From the NCBI GenBank assembly GCA_002633005.1, contig NMRA01000191.1, positions 550,466 to 614,465 of the forward strand: DNA of 64,000 nt, read 5' to 3'. A program made the translations under genes and the position numbers. Under the pieces are notes generated by a model that saw only the letters and a program-made list of their open reading frames with translations, was not told the DNA's origin and searched no databases. Source of the stretch: Phoronis australis. Lineage: Eukaryota > Animalia > Phoronida. Shown here piece after piece: positions 37,559 through 49,043 of the stretch (the stretch's first letter is position 1; each line of letters begins with the position of its first letter).

Positions 37559-40500
37559 CCAAAAGCCGCTAAGGCCAAGGTTGGCCAGAGCAAGAAGGTT
37601 GTTCATCCAAACAGCAGAAAGGCTTGTCAACTTGCCAAGAAACACCGACACGAAGAGGACAACAAAAAGTTTGGATTCTCTCAAAAGCTGAAATAATTAT
37701 TATGAAAATTCCATTGAGTCTTTTTTATCGGCAAAACATTTGTGAGAAAAGTTTACTTCTCAACGTTTTGAGTTGAAGTGAATCAAAGCATTTCTGCAAT
37801 TTTAGGCAGTGTTAGGTCACCTTTCTCCCAGAAAAAAAAAACTTGAATATAGCCATATTTTGCTGGTGGGACTCTGGAAGATAATGGACAGTTTTGTTTC
37901 CAAAAAAATTCTTACCTCTTACTGAATTCCCAAAGTGATTTAGAAACTTGCAGTACTAAATGCAAATTCTCTCCAGACATGCCACTTTTGAAGACTGGGG
38001 TTTAAGCAGCGGAACATAAACTTGGGTTGTTGATACATGCATTTTGCACGCGTAAAACTTGGAAATGCCAAGTTAAAAAAATTATATTTTGCCCTCTCAT
38101 TTTAATAGGAAATCAATTCAATGACGACGTATACTTTTCTTGTTCATATCTACATGTATTCATTAGACTTACAATAGCTACTTTCTGAAATATATTCAAA
38201 TATCACAGTGCTACCTTGAATGTGCATTGTTTACCCACAATGCTGTTGTAAGGAGGGCACGTGTCTCCCAATAGTACACAGCTGATGTACAAATATCAAA
38301 TTTAGTTCGCCACATTTTAATTAACATACCAATAAAGTTTTACTGTTGCATAGTGAGTTGTTATCCCGACCGTCGAACAAACTGGTGTGGTGCGATAAAC
38401 CATTGTTTGACTCCGCTCAGAGCGATTATAAAAATTTAAGCATTTGCAGATTTTGAGTAAGTTTGTGATAAATTGTTTTTAGTGACAAGTTTCATGCACA
38501 TTGTATGTTTTGCAGGAGAAGTCACGAAAAAATTACCAAGCTTGAGCTGTTGGTTAGTCTGCCAACATGATGGTAACCATTGATATTTAAATTAATAAGG
38601 CCTGTGCTTATTTCAGTCCTGCATATTGTATGATTGTTATGCGTAACAGTATTTCACTGATGCGCCATTTTGATTCTGCGTTAGCCAGAAGAAACGATTC
38701 AAAGTCAAGTTCAAGCAGTACAGCCCCCACACTCATGAACAAAGCCTCGCTCTGTTGAACACACAAGTGGACATTTTATTGTGTTAGTTGCGCAATGCTC
38801 ATCCCGGCAAGGACTCCAAATTGGGAGTCCAAATTTTCCCAGAGAAATGACCAAACAGGGGAGTTTTAACGAGCGTTGGCGGTCCATCGGTACTGCAGCA
38901 TCTGCGGTGCCATGTAGTGGTGTATCCGCCCTTGTAATAACATAGTACAGTGAAGTGGGAATAAAAGTGTCAGTGGTCAAACAAAGTCCATTCGTTTATT
39001 CATTAAGTTTAAATGCAAGTTGATACAGACGTGTTTGAAACACTACGTGGCCAATATTTTACTCAAAAAAAGAACGTGTCATTGATACAAGAAATGCCAA
39101 TGTTGACTAAGTCCAAAATTTTAACTCAGAAATAAAGATTTTGGCAATAATGTCCTATCTTCCTCGAAGCAGACAATCCAAATAAAGTGTCTTAGTAAAG
39201 CAAGTCGCGTTTTTCTCATACATATTCCTGACAGTCAAGCCTAGCATTTTTCTCATACATATTCCTGACAGTCAAGCCTAGCATTTTTCTCATACATATT
39301 CCTGACAGTCGAGCCTGTTTTCTCTCAGTCTCGTGTTTTGCTCAGCATTTGTAGTCAGTACCCTCGTGATGTTAGTGTGAATCTGACGTCAAAAAGTCGG
39401 TACATCCGAAACTCTACATGACCAGAATTCTTGAAGAAATTACACAACAAACCAGTCCACGACTTCGTCTACCATCTTCAATATCTTATTTGGTAGAGTA
39501 AACAAACCAATTCACGTGCTTTTCCATTTCCTTGGAGGGGAGAGCAAATTGAAACCAAAGATATTGACTGAATTAGTAGCTATACCATCTTCAGGATTGT
39601 CAAAAGTCCATTTTTCCTGTTCAAAACCATCTACATGTATTTTTAAGTCTTGAGCGAATTGTAAAAATGCCTATGTCGGATGTTGTCGGCAAAAATTCGG
39701 TAATTTGATTGAAAGGTTCATCGTCATTGCACGGGTATTTGTGTTTCGTTGACTTGCCGGATTATTACCGATGATCTGGACCTATAGCTGGATTATTTGT
39801 CCTACCTGCATCTGAGTCAAAGTGTGTATCTGGAACATCTCTCGGTTTATAAAGTAATCCTTGAACCTTTTAGGCCTTTGCACTGCAGTTGACATGACTA
39901 AGTATGTAGAATGTGCTTGTCAACCATGACGGAAACCACAAATTACACTGGCTATGCAAAATCCTGGAATCACTCCCCCCGTAACTGCAAATGACAGGCA
40001 CTACAGACAGAGTGAAGAGTTGTGAATGGCATGCCACTTTTTTTAGAAGGTGTAAGCATAAATATTGGATCAGCCAAGGATGCCTTTATAAGGCCAATGT
40101 GATGAGTTCAAATTCGATTGGCCAGTGACAATAATAAGTGCACCAAAATTAACCAATAGTATTCGTATACGTGAGAAATGCACAAGCAACAACCAATAAA
40201 ATTGTTTGTGCAGTAAATTTCTTATTTCTGAATCGACTGATGATCGATTTAGTTGAGCGACGGCCGACCAGCCATAATGTTGAAAAAGTGGTCGTCAATT
40301 CTAGCAACTTTTTTCAATTTTGCCCATCTGTTTAAATTCTTTCCGCCCTGTCAAATCCATCCAAAATCAAATTCTGGGAATCCAAAAGACGGCCAAGATT
40401 GCTGCTGTATAAACTGCTGATCCTGGCTATTGAGACTATTGTGTTTGGTCACATGTATTACAATGGTGAGTTGTCTTGTTTCGATTTTGTGAACCCTGTG

Positions 40501-40584
40501 GCACAAAGTAACGAAGACAGATCATATGTAGAGAATGCAAATGAACTATCTGAACTCCAAACAATGGATTTGGAAGCTCACTGA
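37559..40584 (+). pseudogene. TMA16: TMA16 copy 2: exons 37559-37668 and 38516-38552 intact, central exons missing, terminal fragment 40492-40584
   Basis: ttttcag|PKAAKAKVGQSKKVVHPNSRKACQLAKKHRHEEDNKK|gt and tgcag|RSHEKITKLELL|gttagt match the TMA16 N-terminus. No counterpart of 259-407 or 1409-1575 was seen before homology resumes at 40492. Confidence 0.8.
39210..39316. repeat. 37-bp tandem repeat, about 3 copies
   Basis: tttttctcatacatattcctgacagtcaagcctagca repeated head to tail. Confidence 0.95.
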
Positions 40585-40705
40585 AAATATAATTTGAATT
40601 ATTCTATTTACAACCATTGTTGTTTTGGTGACTGTAAATTCTAATGAAAGTGATGCTTTTTCGGGATGTAAATATTATGTTCAGGTCACTAGGAAAGTGG
40701 GTTAA

Positions 40706-41907
40706 AGTCAAAGGCAACCTTTTTCATGTCATTTTTAGCAAAAATAAGGTTTTTTGATTATCCCAGACATCTTTTTCACTTAATTTAGCTGTTCGTAATT
40801 TCATTAATTACTCGTCCTCTACTTCGGAAGTGACGTTTTGGAAGGCAAGAATTTCGCACCAATTTCTTTTCACATAGTCTGACTGTGAGGGCTGTCGAGT
40901 CAGTCATCATTCCACCTTGGTTGCGCACTTAGAGAGTACCTTTGCATCGCTTTCTGAACGATGACACACTTCGCTGTTCTTGGCTCGTTCCTTTGAAGAA
41001 CGCAGCGTTGCCCGTCCACACAACTTTCCAAGCAATGAAAGGTTACCGAGTGTGTGGCATGCATCTTTTGCCGTCAGATTACGAGATACGTACAATTAAT
41101 TGATGAAGGTCCCTGCGAAACAACGCCTGAAGCAGTCATACCGTCGCTGTTGTTTCCCGGCAGTGCCCTGTCGCCACCCCCGAGAAGTGCGTTTTAGAAG
41201 CGAGAAGCCTCGCGAGCTGTAGCCACTACAGTCATTGGAGGCACTTCATCAATTGTCACCCGTGTCTCCGAACGTACCAGAGCGTGCAATTCTGGAAGTT
41301 TATTGTGGACTTGAATTGTCTAGTATTAGAGCTATTTAGAAGGTGACATGTGTGTGGCGAGGGAGTCACACGGCGGGATGTAAGCAGTTTGGGTGCTCAG
41401 TGTCGCGGGACAATCGGGCAAGTGGGACAGTTTTGCCTGTGCATACTCTGCCTCATTATACTCGGGCTCAAACATATACCCACCCACTGACTGTCCCTGA
41501 AAAAATTCCTCCTCATCACTTCAATGAACAATGTCTCACTACTGTCAATGTGGTATTGGTTGCCGACTCGAGCCATTTTCAGGTTACTACTAACTAAACA
41601 ATCCCTAAATCCATCGTAATTTCAGTTCTCTAACAACCAAGCTTATCGTAGAATACTCGTCGATGGGAAGTGATGACGACAATTTTAGAAAAACAGCACG
41701 AAAACAAAAGTAGTACAGATCCTCACAGTAAACTCAACGCAGAACCACATTGGCGCGAAATTCTTGCCTCCCAAAAATCACTTCAGGAGGAGATGACGAG
41801 TAATTAATTAAATTACAAGAAGCTGTAATTAAGTGAAAAATAGGTCTGGTATAATCAAGGAACCTTAATTTTGCTACAAATGACATGAAAAATTGTTGCC
41901 TTCGCCT
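40706..41907 (+). mobile_element. Kolobok-like THAP element, duplicated copy
   Basis: TTAA at 40702-40705 and 41908-41911; same TIRs and position as 1813-2946, with different internal deletions. Confidence 0.8.
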
Positions 41908-44900
41908 TTAATAATTACTTAGATGGAAACAGTGCAGACTTTTATGTGTTCCTAAACTATGTTACCTAACAAATTGGGATAGTATGATCTAATTATAGTA
42001 TGTTGTTGTGCCTTGCAAATCTTGATTTATTTTATCCTGACATCTCTATTGCTTAGGTAGAAAGTATGGACTACTTATGTAAGGGCTAAACAAATGAAAA
42101 TCGAGTACTGTGGAACAATAAAAACATTTTGATGGACGGAGGGTTATATTTTTCAACAGTCTTCTTGAGGCAAGCATCATTTTTGTGAAGGACGTTTTTA
42201 ATTTTGAAAACAAATTCCGTCCCTGGAATATATTGGACGGAAGACATAAGCTTTCTAATTGGATTAACTATGCTGCTTTAGACTGAGACGTGGAATAAAG
42301 GTAAAACTCAAGCCTTCCAGGTCAAAGTGTGTAGTCGTTACATATAATAACTCCTCAGTTTTCTAACAATATCTTAATTTCCAAAATTGTTCCATCTCAG
42401 GATATACAGGTAGAATACAGCAAAGTCGTACTCACGTTTTTGCCCACAAACTCTTGTTGCTTCCTTACTGTTACATATAAGCAAGGTTTACACAAAAAGT
42501 GTTCTCAAAAGATGATATTAGTTAGTGAGGAAAAGTGTGCATTTTGTGGAGCTGTTTTAAAGTTTAATGAATTTGTGGAATGTGGCTTTGGGAGACTTTT
42601 GTGGTACTTTTAAGTTGCACAAGACGATTTAATCTTGAATAAAATGTTATTTTGAAGGAGAATATGGGGTATGAAATAAAAAGAAATGTGGTTCATAAGC
42701 AAACTTTATTAACAGTCAACACATGTGTATACATAATAACTACAACTAAATAGCTGTGAAACAATCTCTTTAAGTATTTGTCAATAATTCATTTAGAATT
42801 GCCGGAGAGACCGAAGGAACCTTAGTAATATAGAAGTTAAAAGTATTACCTGTATAATTGCTGTATGCTAAGAAAAGTTCAACTGTATCTAAATGTTTTT
42901 CACAAACCCCTATTACTTATCTGCAACAATCATGATTTTATAAGTTAGATGATGTGTTCGTGTGTGTGTTCCTGCGTGAGTGTGCGAGTGTCTGTGCACG
43001 CGCGTGTAGAAATGATATTTTATGGTAAGCACTCATTTCCCTTGAGGTGTTTGCTTTATTTTGAGAAATAAATATTAAAAAATGCAATCAAATGTTATTC
43101 AGTGAAATGATTTCTAGGGAAAAAACGGATGCACTATATATTACTATATTACTGTGGAGAGAGGGAACTACCCGTAATGGACAGTCGCTTAGTCGTTTAC
43201 CAAATTCAGCCCCACCTAATAAAAATTTCTGGCTTTGCCAGTGGTGGGATTTTATTGACAGGTCTGTGTATTTAGCGAACATCTACACAGCTTTAGACTT
43301 TAACTCAGTAAAAGTTTATGCTTTCTGCATGTGGAACACTTTAAAAATTTGATTGATGACTTTTTACCAATCTATTATTAATTGGGTCATGTGATCATGT
43401 GGTTTTAATAAACTTCATCAAAATACAAAAGGTACATGATCAAAATTTTTCAAACTGAGATTTGAAAAACGCCGAGATTGCTGGAATATCATTTCTTTTT
43501 TGTGTTATGCAACTTTGACTTTTTCATGAAAATCATAAAAGTCCAATATTTTGATAGCCTTTTTGCAAAAGAGGAACATTTTTAAAACCATTCCTGAGAT
43601 TTTGGAGAACAAGAGTACCCGAGTATCTGAGATATGATGTTCCAAAGTTAGCCAAATGTGGACATTTTTCTAGGGTCCTACATAGCCTAAGCTTTAATGT
43701 ACCCTATAGAAATGAAGAGATTTGATATTTAAGCAGCGCCGCTTAGGGCGAATTGCGTGTTAGGCATAGACGATAGTGTTGACTTCGTCAAAAGTCTTTT
43801 ATTGTCCCATTCTTATTCCCACTTCCTCCGCCCTATGCCCCCGGCACGTTCCATTCAGTCTCTGTATGTCAGGCATTTTGCACCGAGCTTTTGGCCCGCC
43901 ACAGGGGACTCAGCCATCAAAATGAAAATTAGGCCTACGCGTCAGCGCACACGGATAATAAACCTATCGCAAGCTCCGCCCCCTTGCGAAATTTCCACAA
44001 ACAAATAATAAGTTATACCAAGTAACGTGTTGTTTGTCGGGTAAAATGGCGGCTTGGAAACTAAGGTGTTTCAAAAATGCTACGTTCTAATTGGTCAGTT
44101 AAGCCGTCTCTCGAAATCCTGGCGATAGGTCAATTGCGAAATGAAGTCTTCTTCAAGTGAACTATATAGCTGAGCAAACAGCTCACGCTAACCGAAGGTG
44201 TCAAGACACGAATTGGATGAACCAAGCTTGCCGCTGGTCCGATCAGCTGTGACAGCTTGAGATAGCTTGTACCTATCCGTCTGCGCTGGCTCTAAGGTCG
44301 GTATTCATTGTATTTTCTTTTAGATTGGCTTAAGTTCATTTTATTAGAGCCACGCCTTGAACCTATATGTTGAAAGGTTAGGCTCCAGGGTCCCTGATAC
44401 ATTAATTGCTTTTGGGCTGTTTCAAAATCCCCAGTTAAAACACGGGTACCCGAGTTTCTGATGGCTGCGGAAAACTGATACACAGGGTGTACCAAATATG
44501 TACTCAGTACAACGTCGGAAGTTTAAATTCTGTTCCAGTGGATCTGCGCCCGGGTCTACAGTACTGTTACACCTTGCTGTGAAAGTGGGTGCGTGAGACA
44601 TCACGCGCACTGTATGTACGGGGATGGCAAGCAAGCGACTCTTTAGATAACGAAAATTTATTGGGCAATACTACTGGAAAATAAAAAACATCAAGTGAAG
44701 GAAGTTTAAAGACAAACAATCCTATAAAGGTCTTCAAAAGAAATACTATTCGTATAATACGATGGGAAAAACTAGCGACATTTCATTGTTATAAAACTAT
44801 CAGAAGTCTTCCCTTTATGTAATTCAAAAATGATCTTCAAGTTCTTCAAACGTCCATCCTTTCGATGACGGTCTATCCTATAGTTTGTCAATGCAATCCC

Positions 44901-46168
44901 AGTGTCATACCTAGATTGTTTGTGCCGAGTGTCTTCATACTGTTGTGCATTGTATGGATTTGTTTAGTGGATTTTGAAAGTCGTTTTCTTCAATTCGTAA
45001 ATAATTGACAGGCCAGATACATTGAAGGGCAAAGGGGTAATTGTCCGGGGTAAATGACCCTGTGTGAAAGGCTTTATAATAAAAATGGGAAAGAGTGACC
45101 TTCCAAGAAGTGACCTTCCTTGACTTAAAATAAACGATTTCACAAAAAACCAGAAAAATAGTACCAATCGGTTCCATCACTGGTCGCTCAGACTCCGTGA
45201 TTAGCCCCTTACGAACAAGCTCCCTCCAAGTGCTGCCCCCCTAAATATGAACGGATTTATAATTTCAAAGACAGGAAATGAGCAGCAACCGGTGCTATCT
45301 ATTAATTTTTATCAAGTGATTCTCAATTCAAACAAAAAAGTATGCCGCCGTCAATTTTTTTGCTTATTTTCAACTTGTCAATATTATTGTGCACAGGAGT
45401 GGATTCTGACCATTGGTTAAACTTGTGAAAACACTAATTGTCCTTTTTATGCTGTTTTAGTTTTATTACCATGTAACTTTTTGGCTTTGCCAACTAAGTA
45501 ACTTTTTGGCTTTTTACATTGAATTCTCAATATTATTGAAAACCCCTAGCTATCTTTTCATGCAACTTAGTCGCTGTTTGTTGTCATGGAACTATGGACT
45601 CGGATTTTAGTTAGATCATTAGAAAATGTAATTAGTGAAAGAGGAGCTCTTAACCAAGATAAAATGACGGTAAAAGATTAAGTCTGCGACTAAGCGACAC
45701 AAATAAGCAAAATATGCAGGGAACTTAGTTGAGTCCCTATTTGGGACTGTTTCATGCAACCGGGCACAGAACATTGTTATCATGTCGAGTAATTTCCATG
45801 TAAAAACTACATCCCCCTTGGTAATATTCACTTACTGTAAATCGCTATATCATTACCGTAGAGGTGTGTATTTAAGTGCATGTGCTTGCACTCAAAATTG
45901 TGCATTTTCAAAAGATTTCTGCTCAGGTGTTGCACACATAATAGATGCGTCCACCTGGGCTCCATCATATCTTCCTGGCTTCACTTAGAAGCACAACCAT
46001 GCGTTTCTTACATAGCATTAGGTTTACTTTGCTCCATGGCTAGATTCAACTGCTTGCGCCAATTGAATGTAAGTCCAGCTTCACTCGAGCGCGTGTGCAT
46101 AAATGGGCACATTCGCTGAACAAACACATTTCTTTTTCCCTTTGTTGACACCAAGTCGAAGCCAGGCG

Positions 46169-46938
46169 TTAAACTGCTGGTTCAGACGACCAGTTCTCAT
46201 TCTCAGGTTTGAGCGTGCGCGACTTCACTTACTTTGGTTGGGTTTTCTGGATGCTTTGTTGTGAACGTTTTTCATCTCTTGATCCGTTTTTCTGTTCGAC
46301 ATGATTCCTGTTGTAGCCTGTCTCGTACTGCTCTAATGTTAGATATGTTCTTGGGTTGACTCATCGCCCGAAAGAAATTGACACGACCTGGCTTGGGTTG
46401 ATAGTCGGAAACTAAACTAGTAAGTGGTTTTGCGTTGTCGTTATCCACTGTTTCGAGTCCGCAGTCTTTGGCGGGTTTTTGGGTGTGCTTTTCCTTTGCA
46501 AAATCCAATGACTTAGCTCTCCCCGCCTCTTTTTATCTGGAACTTCTTCGAGGTATTGTGCACTTGATTCAGCTACTTTACTTCCCAACACGTTCAGTTG
46601 AATTAATCCGCCCGTTTCCTTTAATACTTCGCTAGTTGACGTGTTCAATTCTTTACCCCTACCTCTGTAATTAATCGGTGGAAGGGCAATGTGTCGCCTG
46701 TACTTTGTGAGCGAATCTGAATTGCATCTATTAGGATGTACTGGAAAACTACCTTTTCTGTTTAGCACCACTTTCTGATAGTAACCAAGGTCAGCTTTCA
46801 TGACCTTCTGCCCCCTGTCGATGTAACTTCTCACGTGCTGAAGTCGAATATCCTCGCGTACATTATTTCTCAACACCCCGTCGTCGTATTCCGAGCGAAC
46901 GGTAAATCCGCAGCGTATTTTTCTCATGTTTTATCCAT
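46169..46938 (-). pseudogene. Frameshifted paralogue of the 255-aa gene
   Basis: Same sequence split into 171-aa and 78-aa ORFs: 4-nt loss just after the ATG, a frameshift near 46520 and a premature TGA at 46272. Confidence 0.85.
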
Positions 46939-49043
46939 TTTAGAATTGGCACTTGATCAGCATGTTTGAAGACGCGTCGCCCTGCTGCAAAATAGGGTGA
47001 CTTTAAAACGTTGCCGTCGACGTGCCCTGAAGGAGTGTTTAATAGTGCGAGAAGTTCAGTTACGATTGGATTTCAAGTCACTACACTAACGTTTCGGCGT
47101 CGGAGATTTTAAAAAAGAGCCCTGGGCAGCTAAGCACACTCGGGCACTGAGTGTGCGAATGTGCCAGCTTACAAAATCAGAGCCTGGTGATGCTCTGATG
47201 CACTGCATATACGGGGAAGTGCTCATGTCCGTCTGGCACCGGGCTCCTGTAAAAAATAGAGCATTTACTATCTTAAAATTGTTTCCTACCTATATGGTTC
47301 CTTGTCCCTATTTGCTTAGGTTACAAATGTTTCTTGACTTGGAAGGAATTACGTTTCACTAGTGGATGAGACCGGGCCCTATCCGAGGTCGTAGTCGGAG
47401 AGAATTTGCCGTAGGTCTTGATGACATTTTATTTCCTGAAGTACAGCAGTTTGAGAGTGGCCTAACCGATAGGGACCCCTATGGATCTGCGCCTATAGAA
47501 AATTGGATCGTCAACATTTGCAGATAACTCATTGCACACTCGTGTACTTTTTTACTCACTGTTTGGTTAACTCACTTTTTGCATGTGATTGTAAAACGGC
47601 TGATTTCGGACAGAGGCGCACTGGCCTCCGCCTACAGACGCAGGATCTTATTGCGTGCTTAAACGATAATTAAGTCTCACTGTATACATTTAATTCCTTT
47701 TTCCCGCCCTCTTTCGGTAAGGCACAGACAATTTCTTGGACTTCACTGTATTTTGGCGAATGCAACACAGGCCCACCCATTTCAAGACCTACACCATTTC
47801 TATACAGTTCGCTATTTGGGGATCGTAATCATCGTATGTTATCACTATAGTTTCCAGAATCCAATTTGCATCAAAATTCATTGCATAAATTTTTACATGA
47901 TTAGCTTACAGTGAATAGTTCCGACAAATGTTACGCCACGCCCACCATGGTTACCGTTGCGATGACTCACAAGCGGAAAACAAATATGGCGGAAGTGCCC
48001 TGTATACGTACTAGAACAACATGTTTTTTTTCGTTGTGTTACCGGAATGGGTCTTCAGAATCACAGAGAGTCCCAGGGGGGAAATTTATTGATACACTCA
48101 GTGGCATATGGACAGTTTCAAGACACAAGTCCATTTATAAAATTTTAATTCAATCACACCAACTGAGGTTTAACTAAGATCGATCCAAACAGCCAGGTGA
48201 TGTGGTTGGCGCTACGTACACGTATAGTCAGATGATACTGCACTGAAGTTGGGTGACACAAAACCATAATTCGTAGGTGGGTGATAAAACACAACTGACC
48301 ATAGCTAATATCATTCGCGCACCCAGGATGTGGGGGTATTTGGCTAAGTAGGCAAAAAGGTCGACCTCAGAGAAACAAAAACTCATAAGAAATTAAAAAA
48401 CTAGGCAAAAGTCCAATAAAAAGGCAATTTTTTTAGAGTTTTCTAAGCTGCGCTACATCCGAAAACCGGCGAGACAGCTAACAAGCGTTCTCTCAAGCAA
48501 TGGCATGTCTAAAAATATCTTACAGCCTTAGTTTAATGTTTGAGTATCATCTACAATCCTTTGTGAATCCTACGGATAACGAAGGGCAATATTTTAACGC
48601 ACACAAATCGTCTCCCGAGTTCAAAATAACGCCACTGTCAGAACTGAATAAGTCAGTGCAGGCCTATCACTCCAGTAACCTCCAGGATTTATGCAGGGGT
48701 TATTTACTTGAGTATAATGCATGTGCTGAAGTTTATTACGATTGTTTCTCGATCGCTTTCCGCTGTTAACTGTACTACCGAAGCAAACATGCCTAGTAGA
48801 ATTAAAACACATAGTTAGTACTATATACTTGAGGTTCATGGCAATAGGTACGTCACGGATTACACCTCGACACTCGAATCTAGCTGTATTTACCCACAAT
48901 GCCGTAAACATTCATCGGGCACATTTGCTCTCTCGTTTTCGAGCCACTGGAGTTTCACATGTTATTTGTTGTTGTCTGATTCTGAACAAGTTTTTTCTCG
49001 GTTGCACTACTCTATTCGTTCTCCCTATGCTAACGACGTATTA

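Larger units (their letters stand above)
40492..48081 (+). repeat. Segmental duplication, copy 2 (paired with 1576-9549)
   Basis: See copy 1. Has its own insertions (about 43172-43393, 43955-44133, 45220-45845) and lacks the HINE. Confidence 0.95.

Noticed and set aside
39210-39316. 37-bp repeats as a CRISPR array
   Set aside because: Units are directly adjacent with no spacers, there are no cas genes, and the context is eukaryotic.
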